From the NCBI GenBank assembly GCA_964019425.1, contig OZ025798.1, positions 1 to 64,000 on the forward strand: DNA of 64,000 nucleotides. Reading direction: 5' to 3'. Made by a program: the position numbers and the translations under genes. Source of the stretch: Flectonema sp. DT1601 (taxonomy: Eukaryota). The notes beneath the pieces are model-generated. The model was given only the letters and a program-made list of their open reading frames with translations. It had not been told where the DNA came from and made no database searches. Each line of letters opens with the position of its first letter. The stretch's first letter is position 1. This document shows, piece after piece, positions 23,634 to 36,681 of this stretch.

Positions 23634-24440
23634 TCAGATCATTCTCTTAGCTTTGCGACTTCCCAGCAATCCACTTACTCCCCCCAGGTAGACGACTACC
23701 TGGATGGGAAATGTCAACACCACAAACATATATTCCTTCCATGTAGTACTAAAATACCAACTGCTGATCATCGCAATGATCAAAACAGGAGGTGGGTACA
23801 AGGAGATATACAACTTTGCGACAAACAAAAATACAGAAACAACCACCCCGATGCCTTCAAAGACTTCGGGGTGTAGGTGAGCGTAATATAAAACTGACAC
23901 AATCAACACAACGGTGACGAGGAGACACGCACAAAGCTGTCTCACGAAGAAGTCGCCATCCGTTGGTGCGTCGGTGGTCATCCGGTCTCGGAATGAACTC
24001 CGCGGTTGTCTGTTTAGCTAGAGCGGCTGAGGTGCTGAATGCTGAAGTAGTTGTTGCTGTTGCTGGTGTCGTAGTTCTTGCTGATGTTGCTGTTGTTGGA
24101 ATGTCGAATGCTGCGTTGGTCGAGACAACGTCAGTGGTGGTAGTGGCGGCTGCTGCTGTTGATGCTGTAGCTGTTGATGTTCTTCTTGTTCTTGTGGTAG
24201 TAGTAGTGGCTGCACCAACGATGGCTGCTCTTCCTGCTGCTCCCGATCTTCCGAAACACGAATCGCGTCCTTCACTCCCCGAAGCAAGTCCCTTCGTTCC
24301 CTCTCCTGAGACTCTCTCCGTCTCTGATGCTCCCTTCTGGGAGAGGCACCGCGCTTACTGGTGCCCCTCCCACTCTCAATCCCAGCACCGCGGTGGATCT
24401 CCTCCTCGGACTCCCACGGCGTTAACGTTGTCCAGAACAT
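23634..24440 (-). pseudogene. Gln-rich membrane protein, allele B (in-frame internal deletion with a 5-nt filler creating TAG)
   Basis: TGTTT-AGCTA-GAGCGG at 24011-24026 replaces 95 nt of allele A and reads QPL*LNRQPR. Confidence 0.7.
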
Positions 24441-24756
24441 GATTTAGGTTTAGAACTTTTCGATACGGCTGCCTGTGGAAATAAAAAGATAATTACAACA
24501 ATACACCAATCACTCGTTCTCAGGGTCTCAATAAAACAAAACACATTATTCCCCCCAACCACCCCCTCCTCCCTGCTGCTCTCCAGCTTGTGGCTTTCAT
24601 TAAATTTCCTGAACCTGTAGAATACAATAATCTGAACAACATCAACAAACGTTTTGAGACACATCAATTATTAGGGAAGTGGAACCCTTTTTTTGTATTT
24701 TTTTTTATTTTATTTTCACAGGGAGGTTCCCCTGCTATTTATTTTTTTTTTTTATG

Positions 24757-24789
<33 letters not shown>

Positions 24790-27530
24790 TTTTTTTGGTT
24801 GTTTTTTTTTATTTATGTATTTGTTTGTTTTTTTTGATTAGCGGGGAGTGGAACCCCTTTTTTTATTTTTTATTTTATTTTTTTGAAGATTACACAGGGA
24901 AGTTTCCCTCATGTTACTTACTTTATTTTTATTTTTTTTTTATTTTTTTTTAAGAAAAACACTTTATTCCTTGCCTCATTGCCATCACTTCACTTCCTTC
25001 TTTATCCTGTACTCGAAAAGAGAAAAACGAGGATAAACGGTTGAAGGAAAAAAGAGATGGAATTAAAATAAAAAGAAGAAAAAAGAAACACACTTTCACA
25101 GATTCAGATATTCTTTTGAAATGTAGAAATTGCAATGCTTCAACTGGGGAGGTGGGTGTAATGATAATGTAAGGCTACAATTAAAAAACAAAAGGAAGGG
25201 TATTGCTGAAGAAGATTAAAAATGAAGGAGTTGGTTGTATGCACCCGAAGCTGTCCAAGAAAGGCACATCAACGGTAAAATAAACAAAAAAAGAAAACAC
25301 TTTTACAACGATCTCTATCTTCAACGGAGATCACTCAAAAACACATTTTACTTCTCAAAAACTAACAATCAAATATTCGATATAAACTGAACTGATGAAA
25401 ATATAAAAAAAACTAAAAAAACAAAAAAAAACAGAACTCAAAACAAGGACATTAGCCTAAAAAAAGGATTAATCGCCTCTCCTTCATCCACTCCGAAAAC
25501 GGAGGAAACGAAGAACGAGAAGCCAGATGGTGATTTCCCTCCAACCTAACACTTCAACATACATGAGAAGACATGAAGAAGAAGAAGACAGAAAGGAGAG
25601 AGAGCATGTGTTTTTGTGGGTTGTGTTGTGTTGTGTACTATAATGTTAACAATAACAACAACAACCCACAAGAAAGAAAAATAAAAGGAAAAAGGAAAAG
25701 AATAGTGTAAATTAATATTCAACGGAAAGGGAAGGAAACAAAGCAAACACCCACAGAAGCAGGGAATACACATGTTTTCAAGAAAAACCCATCATTTTCA
25801 TCATCATCATCATCATCATCATCACATTTATCATTTTCCTCATACCCCTCCGCGACTTCGCAGAGGAACTGAGGGAAGAACGATGATGATGATAATAAAT
25901 AATGGGAACACACATTCAACAAATTATTATCAACAAATTAGACCCACTGCTCTAAACCCAACAAGCAGCAGTCTTGAATTCGGACCGCGCAGAAGCGATG
26001 AAACCAAGCAAAGCAGACATGACCAACAAGATACATGAAATCACAAAAAGAGTACAACTGTGCTAACAGCAGACCCAAATAAATATAATCGACTCCCATC
26101 TCTCTCATCTCCAAAATGAGATGGAATCGAATCCGTCTGCGGAATACACAACAACACTGACAGGTTGGCTCCTCTCAGTTGTTGTGACACATCACACAAA
26201 CAGAAGTCAAAATGAAAGAATCAAATTGAAGAAAAGAAAAAGGTCGCTGCCACAGCTTAGGTTTCATCTCTTCTTCCCAAATATATAAAACAGAAACAAA
26301 CCTCCCGCAACATGGGGGCAAAAGGGAACACGGTCATTTCTTTCTGACAACCACAAAACTAATCAAGACAGGACCAACGGTCACTGGACTGATTAGAATG
26401 AAGAAGAAAGAAAGAAAAAGGAATTCATTTTATTTTATTTTACTTAATTTGCATTTTGGAATCCAACACAAGGACACCCAAAAAAAAAAAAAAAAAAAAA
26501 GGATAAATAAACATCCTAAAAACCACATCTCACAAAAAAAAAAAAAAAAAAAAGAAAACCAGAAAAGGAAACATACAACCTCCTCCAACAAAAACAAATC
26601 TTTCCACAGACACACCAACCGACGGAAAATCGGACAATTTCCTTTCTTTCCAACCTTACGAGAAAAAAACATACACAACCACCCAATTAAGAAAAGTGAA
26701 GCATTGCGTGTAAAAAACTAAAATGAATATCAAGGTAAACTCTCCGTGCAAGTATTCCTCCCTCCACCCTAATGAGATTAAAACGGTGAGTGAGTGTGAA
26801 AAGTTACTCAACGATGAGGAAAGGGAGGAAGGGTTTTTACTTGCGAGTGTGTTGAAAAAAAACAAAAAACTAAAATTAAAATTAAAATAAAAAAAAAAGG
26901 AAAAGGCAAGACACTAATATTCATTCAGCGACTGTACACCTGAAAAAGGAGGGGTAGAGATTGGGATGTGCGAAATTGAGAAAAAACATGAAGAATGGTC
27001 GGTGAAGTTGTTTTTTTTTTTAATTACTATTATTTATTTGTTTATTTCTTTTGGTGGCTGTGGGTTTGGGTGTGGGATAGGACGATCGAGACAGGAAGTA
27101 CAGTCGCTATTATGGAGGGCAAGTATTCTTTTCAAGAAAATTAACAAAACAGAACAAATTAAAGCAGTACCCGGAAGATATTAAATTAGGTGAAAATGAC
27201 TTCCAGTTATTTGTACAAAAGAAAAAAGAACCCCAAAACCCGATGCACGCAGGGGTTGCCAGGAGATTTTCAAATGGGTGAAGTTACTCCGAGCAATCCC
27301 TGCGTGCAATGTTTATAAAAAATAAAAATAAATGAAAACAAGTCGATTAATACTTTTTTTTTTTTTTTTTTTTTTTTTAAATAATGTTCTGGCATAACAA
27401 GAGCCAATGAGTGACGAGGACAAACAAACGAAGGAACTGAAAGTTTATCAACAACAAAGATGATGATGTTGATGTTGATGAGGAAGAAGATGAAAAAGTC
27501 GCTCCAAAAACAATTTGAACCATCGACGGT

Positions 27531-28439
27531 TCAGATCATTCTCTTAGCTTTGCGACTTCCCAGCAATCCACTTACTCCCCCCAGGTAGACGACTACCTGG
27601 ATGGGAAATGTCAACACCACAAACATATATTCCTTCCATGTAGTACTAAAATACCAACTGCTGATCATCGCAATGATCAAAACAGGAGGTGGGTACAAGG
27701 AGATATACAACTTTGCGACAAACAAAAATACAGAAACAACCACCCCGATGCCTTCAAAGACTTCGGGGTGTAGGTGAGCGTAATATAAAACTGACACAAT
27801 CAACACAACGGTGACGAGGAGACACGCACAAAGCTGTCTCACGAAGAAGTCGCCATCCGTTGGTGCGTCGGTGGTCATCCGGTCTCGGAATGAACTCCGC
27901 GGTTGTCTGTTTGGCATCATTGCCTGAGGATGGCTCAGCGACGATGCACGTACTTGTGGTTGTGGTTGTGGTTGTGGTTGTGGTTGTGCCAGTGGTTCGC
28001 CCCAAACACGCTGTGATGTGAGCGGCTGAGGTGCTGAATGCTGAAGTAGTTGTTGCTGTTGCTGGTGTCGTAGTTCTTGCTGATGTTGCTGTTGTTGGAA
28101 TGTCGAATGCTGCGTTGGTCGAGACAACGTCAGTGGTGGTAGTGGCGGCTGCTGCTGTTGATGCTGTAGCTGTTGATGTTCTTCTTGTTCTTGTGGTAGT
28201 AGTAGTGGCTGCACCAACGATGGCTGCTCTTCCTGCTGCTCCCGATCTTCCGAAACACGAATCGCGTCCTTCACTCCCCGAAGCAAGTCCCTTCGTTCCC
28301 TCTCCTGAGACTCTCTCCGTCTCTGATGCTCCCTTCTGGGAGAGGCACCGCGCTTACTGGTGCCCCTCCCACTCTCAATCCCAGCACCGCGGTGGATCTC
28401 CTCCTCGGACTCCCACGGCGTTAACGTTGTCCAGAACAT
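27531..28439 (-). CDS. Hypothetical 302-aa protein: Gln/Pro-rich N-terminus, 3-4 hydrophobic C-terminal helices (allele C)
   Basis: Intact ATG-TGA ORF in a GC-richer island. Hydrophobic segments LCACLLVTVVLIVSVLYY, GIGVVVSVFLFVAKLYISL and MFVVLTFPIQVVVYLGGV. A TTTCCACAG acceptor just upstream suggests extra 5' exons. Confidence 0.7.
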   Translation of the reverse strand: MFWTTLTPWESEEEIHRGAGIESGRGTSKRGASPRREHQRRRESQERERRDLLRGVKDAIRVSEDREQQEEQPSLVQPLLLPQEQEEHQQLQHQQQQPPLPPLTLSRPTQHSTFQQQQHQQELRHQQQQQLLQHSAPQPLTSQRVWGEPLAQPQPQPQPQPQVRASSLSHPQAMMPNRQPRSSFRDRMTTDAPTDGDFFVRQLCACLLVTVVLIVSVLYYAHLHPEVFEGIGVVVSVFLFVAKLYISLYPPPVLIIAMISSWYFSTTWKEYMFVVLTFPIQVVVYLGGVSGLLGSRKAKRMI

Positions 28440-31400
28440 GATTTAGGTTTAGAACTTTTCGATACGGCTGCCTGTGGAAATAAAAAGATAATTACAACAA
28501 TACACCAATCACTCGTTCTCAGGGTCTCAATAAAACAAAACACATTATTCCCCCCAACCACCCCCTCCTCCCTGCTGCTCTCCAGCTTGTGGCTTTCATT
28601 AAATTTCCTGAACCTGTAGAATACAATAATCTGAACAACATCAACAAACGTTTTGAGACACATCAATTATTAGGGAAGTGGAACCCTTTTTTTGTATTTT
28701 TTTTTATTTTATTTTCACAGGGAGGTTCCCCTGCTATTTATTTTTTTTTTTTATGTTTGTTATTATTATTATTATTATTATTATTTTTTTTTGGTTGTTT
28801 TTTTTTATTTATGTATTTGTTTGTTTTTTTTGATTAGCGGGGAGTGGAACCCCTTTTTTTATTTTTTATTTTATTTTTTTGAAGATTACACAGGGAAGTT
28901 TCCCTCATGTTACTTACTTTATTTTTATTTTTTTTTTATTTTTTTTTAAGAAAAACACTTTATTCCTTGCCTCATTGCCATCACTTCACTTCCTTCTTTA
29001 TCCTGTACTCGAAAAGAGAAAAACGAGGATAAACGGTTGAAGGAAAAAAGAGATGGAATTAAAATAAAAAGAAGAAAAAAGAAACACACTTTCACAGATT
29101 CAGATATTCTTTTGAAATGTAGAAATTGCAATGCTTCAACTGGGGAGGTGGGTGTAATGATAATGTAAGGCTACAATTAAAAAACAAAAGGAAGGGTATT
29201 GCTGAAGAAGATTAAAAATGAAGGAGTTGGTTGTATGCAACCGAAGCTGTCCAAGAAAGGCACATCAACGGTAAAATAAACAAAAAAAGAAAACGCTTTT
29301 ACAACGATCTCTATCTTCAACGGAGATCACTCAAAAACACATTTTACTTCTCAAAAACTAACAATCAAATATTCGATATAAACTGAACTGATGAAAATAT
29401 AAAAAAAACTAAAAAAACAAAAAAAAACAGAACTCAAAACAAGGACATTAGCCTAAAAAAAGGATTAATCGCCTCTCCTTCATCCACTCCGAAAACGGAG
29501 GAAACGAAGAACGAGAAGCCAGATGGTGATTTCCCTCCAACCTAACACTTCAACATACATGAGAAGACATGAAGAAGAAGAAGACAGAAAGGAGAGAGAG
29601 CATGTGTTTTTGTGGGTTGTGTTGTGTTGTGTACTATAATGTTAACAATAACAACAACAACCCACAAGAAAGAAAAATAAAAGGAAAAAGGAAAAGAATA
29701 GTGTAAATTAATATTCAACGGAAAGGGAAGGAAACAAAGCAAACACCCACAGAAGCAGGGAATACACATGTTTTCAAGAAAAACCCATCATTTTCATCAT
29801 CATCATCATCATCATCATCACATTTATCATTTTCCTCATACCCCTCCGCGACTTCGCAGAGGAACTGAGGGAAGAACGATGATGATGATAATAAATAATG
29901 GGAACACACATTCAACAAATTATTATCAACAAATTAGACCCACTGCTCTAAACCCAACAAGCAGCAGTCTTGAATTCGGACCGCGCAGAAGCGATGAAAC
30001 CAAGCAAAGCAGACATGACCAACAAGATACATGAAATCACAAAAAGAGTACAACTGTGCTAACAGCAGACCCAAATAAATATAATCGACTCCCATCTCTC
30101 TCATCTCCAAAATGAGATGGAATCGAATCCGTCTGCGGAATACACAACAACACTGACAGGTTGGCTCCTCTCAGTTGTTGTGACACATCACACAAACAGA
30201 AGTCAAAATGAAAGAATCAAATTGAAGAAAAGAAAAAGGTCGCTGCCACAGCTTAGGTTTCATCTCTTCTTCCCAAATATATAAAACAGAAACAAACCTC
30301 CCGCAACACGGGGGCAAAAGGGAACACGGTCATTTCTTTCTGACAACCACAAAACTAATCAAGACAGGACCAACGGTCACTGGACTGATTAGAATGAAGA
30401 AGAAAGAAAGAAAAAGGAATTCATTTTATTTTATTTTACTTAATTTGCATTTTGGAATCCAACACAAGGACACCCAAAAAAAAAAAAAAAAAAAAAGGAT
30501 AAATAAACATCCTAAAAACCACATCTCACAAAAAAAAAAAAAAAAAAAAGAAAACCAGAAAAGGAAACATACAACCTCCTCCAACAAAAACAAATCTTTC
30601 CACAGACACACCAACCGACGGAAAATCGGACAATTTCCTTTCTTTCCAACCTTACGAGAAAAAAACATACACAACCACCCAATTAAGAAAAGTGAAGCAT
30701 TGCGTGTAAAAAACTAAAATGAATATCAAGGTAAACTCTCCGTGCAAGTATTCCTCCCTCCACCCTAATGAGATTAAAACGGTGAGTGAGTGTGAAAAGT
30801 TACTCAACGATGAGGAAAGGGAGGAAGGGTTTTTACTTGCGAGTGTGTTGAAAAAAAACAAAAAACTAAAATTAAAATTAAAATAAAAAAAAAAGGAAAA
30901 GGCAAGACACTAATATTCATTCAGCGACTGTACACCTGAAAAAGGAGGGGTAGAGATTGGGATGTGCGAAATTGAGAAAAAACATGAAGAATGGTCGGTG
31001 AAGTTGTTTTTTTTTTTAATTACTATTATTTATTTGTTTATTTCTTTTGGTGGCTGTGGGTTTGGGTGTGGGATAGGACGATCGAGACAGGAAGTACAGT
31101 CGCTATTATGGAGGGCAAGTATTCTTTTCAAGAAAATTAACAAAACAGAACAAATTAAAGCAGTACCCGGAAGATATTAAATTAGGTGAAAATGACTTCC
31201 AGTTATTTGTACAAAAGAAAAAAGAACCCCAAAACCCGATGCACGCAGGGGTTGCCAGGAGATTTTCAAATGGGTGAAGTTACTCCGAGCAATCCCTGCG
31301 TGCAATGTTTATAAAAAATAAAAATAAATGAAAACAAGTCGATTAATACTTTTTTTTTTTTTTTTTTTTTTTTTAAATAATGTTCTGGCATAACAAGAGC

Positions 31401-31526
31401 CAATGAGTGACGAGGACAAACAAACGAAGGAACTGAAAGTTTATCAACAACAAAGATGATGATGTTGATGTTGATGAGGAAGAAGATGAAAAAGTCGCTC
31501 CAAAAACAATTTGAACCATCGACGGT

Positions 31527-32423
31527 TCAGATCATTCTCTTAGCTTTGCGACTTCCCAGCAATCCACTTACTCCCCCCAGGTAGACGACTACCTGGATGG
31601 GAAATGTCAACACCACAAACATATATTCCTTCCATGTAGTACTAAAATACCAACTGCTGATCATCGCAATGATCAAAACAGGAGGTGGGTACAAGGAGAT
31701 ATACAACTTTGCGACAAACAAAAATACAGAAACAACCACCCCGATGCCTTCAAAGACTTCGGGGTGTAGGTGAGCGTAATATAAAACTGACACAATCAAC
31801 ACAACGGTGACGAGGAGACACGCACAAAGCTGTCTCACGAAGAAGTCGCCATCCGTTGGTGCGTCGGTGGTCATCCGGTCTCGGAATGAACTCCGCGGTT
31901 GTCTGTTTGGCATCATTGCCTGAGGATGGCTCAGCGACGATGCACGTACTTGTGGTTGTGGTTGTGGTTGTGCCAGTGGTTCGCCCCAAACACGCTGTGA
32001 TGTGAGCGGCTGAGGTGCTGAATGCTGAAGTAGTTGTTGCTGTTGCTGGTGTCGTAGTTCTTGCTGATGTTGCTGTTGTTGGAATGTCGAATGCTGCGTT
32101 GGTCGAGACAACGTCAGTGGTGGTAGTGGCGGCTGCTGCTATTGATGCTGTAGCTGTTGATGTTCTTCTTGTTCTTGTGGTAGTAGTAGTGGCTGCACCA
32201 ACGATGGCTGCTCTTCCTGCTGCTCCCGATCTTCCGAAACACGAATCGCGTCCTTCACTCCCCGAAGCAAGTCCCTTCGTTCCCTCTCCTGAGACTCTCT
32301 CCGTCTCTGATGCTCCCTTCTGGGAGAGGCACCGCGCTTACTGGTGCCCCTCCCACTCTCAATCCCAGCACCGCGGTGGATCTCCTCCTCGGACTCCCAC
32401 GGCGTTAACGTTGTCCAGAACAT
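31527..32423 (-). pseudogene. Gln-rich membrane protein, allele A
   Basis: Same lesion as 19635-20531, 11,892 bp away. Confidence 0.7.
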
Positions 32424-32739
32424 GATTTAGGTTTAGAACTTTTCGATACGGCTGCCTGTGGAAATAAAAAGATAATTACAACAATACACCAATCACTCGT
32501 TCTCAGGGTCTCAATAAAACAAAACACATTATTCCCCCCAACCACCCCCTCCTCCCTGCTGCTCTCCAGCTTGTGGCTTTCATTAAATTTCCTGAACCTG
32601 TAGAATACAATAATCTGAACAACATCAACAAACGTTTTGAGACACATCAATTATTAGGGAAGTGGAACCCTTTTTTTGTATTTTTTTTTATTTTATTTTC
32701 ACAGGGAGGTTCCCCTGCTATTTATTTTTTTTTTTTATG

Positions 32740-32772
<33 letters not shown>

Positions 32773-35346
32773 TTTTTTTGGTTGTTTTTTTTTATTTATG
32801 TATTTGTTTGTTTTTTTTGATTAGCGGGGAGTGGAACCCCTTTTTTTATTTTTTATTTTATTTTTTTGAAGATTACACAGGGAAGTTTCCCTCATGTTAC
32901 TTACTTTATTTTTATTTTTTTTTTATTTTTTTTTAAGAAAAACACTTTATTCCTTGCCTCATTGCCATCACTTCACTTCCTTCTTTATCCTGTACTCGAA
33001 AAGAGAAAAACGAGGATAAACGGTTGAAGGAAAAAAGAGATGGAATTAAAATAAAAAGAAGAAAAAAGAAACACACTTTCACAGATTCAGATATTCTTTT
33101 GAAATGTAGAAATTGCAATGCTTCAACTGGGGAGGTGGGTGTAATGATAATGTAAGGCTACAATTAAAAAACAAAAGGAAGGGTATTGCTGAAGAAGATT
33201 AAAAATGAAGGAGTTGGTTGTATGCACCCGAAGCTGTCCAAGAAAGGCACATCAACGGTAAAATAAACAAAAAAAGAAAACACTTTTACAACGATCTCTA
33301 TCTTCAACGGAGATCACTCAAAAACACATTTTACTTCTCAAAAACTAACAATCAAATATTCGATATAAACTGAACTGATGAAAACATAAAAAAAACTAAA
33401 AAAACAAAAAAAAACAGAACTCAAAACAAGGACATTAGCCTAAAAAAAGGATTAATCGCCTCTCCTTCATCCACTCCGAAAACGGAGGAAACGAAGAACG
33501 AGAAGCCAGATGGTGATTTCCCTCCAACCTAACACTTCAACATACATGAGAAGACATGAAGAAGAAGAAGACAGAAAGGAGAGAGAGCATGTGTTTTTGT
33601 GGGTTGTGTTGTGTTGTGTACTATAATGTTAACAATAACAACAACAACAACAACCCACAAGAAAGAAAAATAAAAGGAAAAAGGAAAAGAATAGTGTAAA
33701 TTAATATTCAACGGAAAGGGAAGGAAACAAAGCAAACACCCACAGAAGCAGGGAATACACATGTTTTCAAGAAAAACCCATCATTTTCATCATCATCATC
33801 ATCATCATCATCACATTTATCATTTTCCTCATACCCCTCCGCGACTTCGCAGAGGAACTGAGGGAAGAACGATGATGATGATAATAAATAATGGGAACAC
33901 ACATTCAACAAATTATTATCAACTAATTAGACCCACTGCTCTAAACCCAACAAGCAGCAGTCTTGAATTCGGACCGCGCAGAAGCGATGAAACCAAGCAA
34001 AGCAGACATGACCAACAAGATACATGAAATCACAAAAAGAGTACAACTGTGCTAACAGCAGACCCAAATAAATATAATCGACTCCCATCTCTCTCATCTC
34101 CAAAATGAGATGGAATCGAATCCGTCTGCGGAATACACAACAACACTGACAGGTTGGCTCCTCTCAGTTGTTGTGACACATCACACAAACAGAAGTCAAA
34201 ATGAAAGAATCAAATTGAAGAAAAGAAAAAGGTCGCTGCCACAGCTTAGGTTTCATCTCTTCTTCCCAAATATATAAAACAGAAACAAACCTCCCGCAAC
34301 ACGGGGGCAAAAGGGAACACGGTCATTTCTTTCTGACAACCACAAAACTAATCAAGACAGGACCAACGGTCACTGGACTGATTAGAATGAAGAAGAAAGA
34401 AAGAAAAAGGAATTCATTTTATTTTATTTTACTTAATTTGCATTTTGGAATCCAACACAAGGACACCCAAAAAAAAAAAAAAAAAAAAAGGATAAATAAA
34501 CATCCTAAAAACCACATCTCACAAAAAAAAAAAAAAAAAAAAGAAAACCAGAAAAGGAAACATACAACCTCCTCCAACAAAAACAAATCTTTCCACAGAC
34601 ACACCAACCGACGGAAAATCGGACAATTTCCTTTCTTTCCAACCTTACGAGAAAAAAACATACACAACCACCCAATTAAGAAAAGTGAAGCATTGCGTGT
34701 AAAAAACTAAAATGAATATCAAGGTAAACTCTCCGTGCAAGTATTCCTCCCTCCACCCTAATGAGATTAAAACGGTGAGTGAGTGTGAAAAGTTACTCAA
34801 CGATGAGGAAAGGGAAGAAGGGTTTTTACTTGCGAGTGTGTTGAAAAAAACAAAAAACTAAAATTAAAATTAAAATTAAAATAAAAAAAAAAGGAAAAGG
34901 CAAGACACTAATATTCATTCAGCGACTGTACACCTGAAAAAGGAGGGGTAGAGATTGGGATGTGCGAAATTGAGAAAAAACATGAAGAATGGTCGGTGAA
35001 GTTGTTTTTTTTTTTAATTACTATTATTTATTTGTTTATTTCTTTTGGTGGCTGTGGGTTTGGGTGTGGGATAGGACGATCGAGACAGGAAGTACAGTCG
35101 CTATTATGGAGGGCAAGTATTCTTTTCAAGAAAATTAACAAAACAGAACAAATTAAAGCAGTACCCGGAAGATATTAAATTAGGTGAAAATGACTTCCAG
35201 TTATTTGTACAAAAGAAAAAAGAACCCCAAAACCCGATGCACGCAGGGGTTGCCAGGAGATTTTCAAATGGGTGAAGTTACTCCGAGCAATCCCTGCGTG
35301 CAATGTTTATAAAAAATAAAAATAAATGAAAACAAGTCGATTAATA

Positions 35347-35377
<31 letters not shown>

Positions 35378-35525
35378 AATGTTCTGGCATAACAAGAGCC
35401 AATGAGTGACGAGGACAAACAAACGAAGGAACTGAAAGTTTATCAACAACAAAGATGATGATGTTGATGTTGATGAGGAAGAAGATGAAAAAGTCGCTCC
35501 AAAAACAATTTGAACCATCGACGGT

Positions 35526-36332
35526 TCAGATCATTCTCTTAGCTTTGCGACTTCCCAGCAATCCACTTACTCCCCCCAGGTAGACGACTACCTGGATGGG
35601 AAATGTCAACACCACAAACATATATTCCTTCCATGTAGTACTAAAATACCAACTGCTGATCATCGCAATGATCAAAACAGGAGGTGGGTACAAGGAGATA
35701 TACAACTTTGCGACAAACAAAAATACAGAAACAACCACCCCGATGCCTTCAAAGACTTCGGGGTGTAGGTGAGCGTAATATAAAACTGACACAATCAACA
35801 CAACGGTGACGAGGAGACACGCACAAAGCTGTCTCACGAAGAAGTCGCCATCCGTTGGTGCGTCGGTGGTCATCCGGTCTCGGAATGAACTCCGCGGTTG
35901 TCTGTTTAGCTAGAGCGGCTGAGGTGCTGAATGCTGAAGTAGTTGTTGCTGTTGCTGGTGTCGTAGTTCTTGCTGATGTTGCTGTTGTTGGAATGTCGAA
36001 TGCTGCGTTGGTCGAGACAACGTCAGTGGTGGTAGTGGCGGCTGCTGCTGTTGATGCTGTAGCTGTTGATGTTCTTCTTGTTCTTGTGGTAGTAGTAGTG
36101 GCTGCACCAACGATGGCTGCTCTTCCTGCTGCTCCCGATCTTCCGAAACACGAATCGCGTCCTTCACTCCCCGAAGCAAGTCCCTTCGTTCCCTCTCCTG
36201 AGACTCTCTCCGTCTCTGATGCTCCCTTCTGGGAGAGGCACCGCGCTTACTGGTGCCCCTCCCACTCTCAATCCCAGCACCGCGGTGGATCTCCTCCTCG
36301 GACTCCCACGGCGTTAACGTTGTCCAGAACAT
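35526..36332 (-). pseudogene. Gln-rich membrane protein, allele B
   Basis: Same lesion as 23634-24440, 11,892 bp away. Confidence 0.7.
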
Positions 36333-36648
36333 GATTTAGGTTTAGAACTTTTCGATACGGCTGCCTGTGGAAATAAAAAGATAATTACAACAATACACCA
36401 ATCACTCGTTCTCAGGGTCTCAATAAAACAAAACACATTATTCCCCCCAACCACCCCCTCCTCCCTGCTGCTCTCCAGCTTGTGGCTTTCATTAAATTTC
36501 CTGAACCTGTAGAATACAATAATCTGAACAACATCAACAAACGTTTTGAGACACATCAATTATTAGGGAAGTGGAACCCTTTTTTTGTATTTTTTTTTAT
36601 TTTATTTTCACAGGGAGGTTCCCCTGCTATTTATTTTTTTTTTTTATG

Positions 36649-36681
<33 letters not shown>
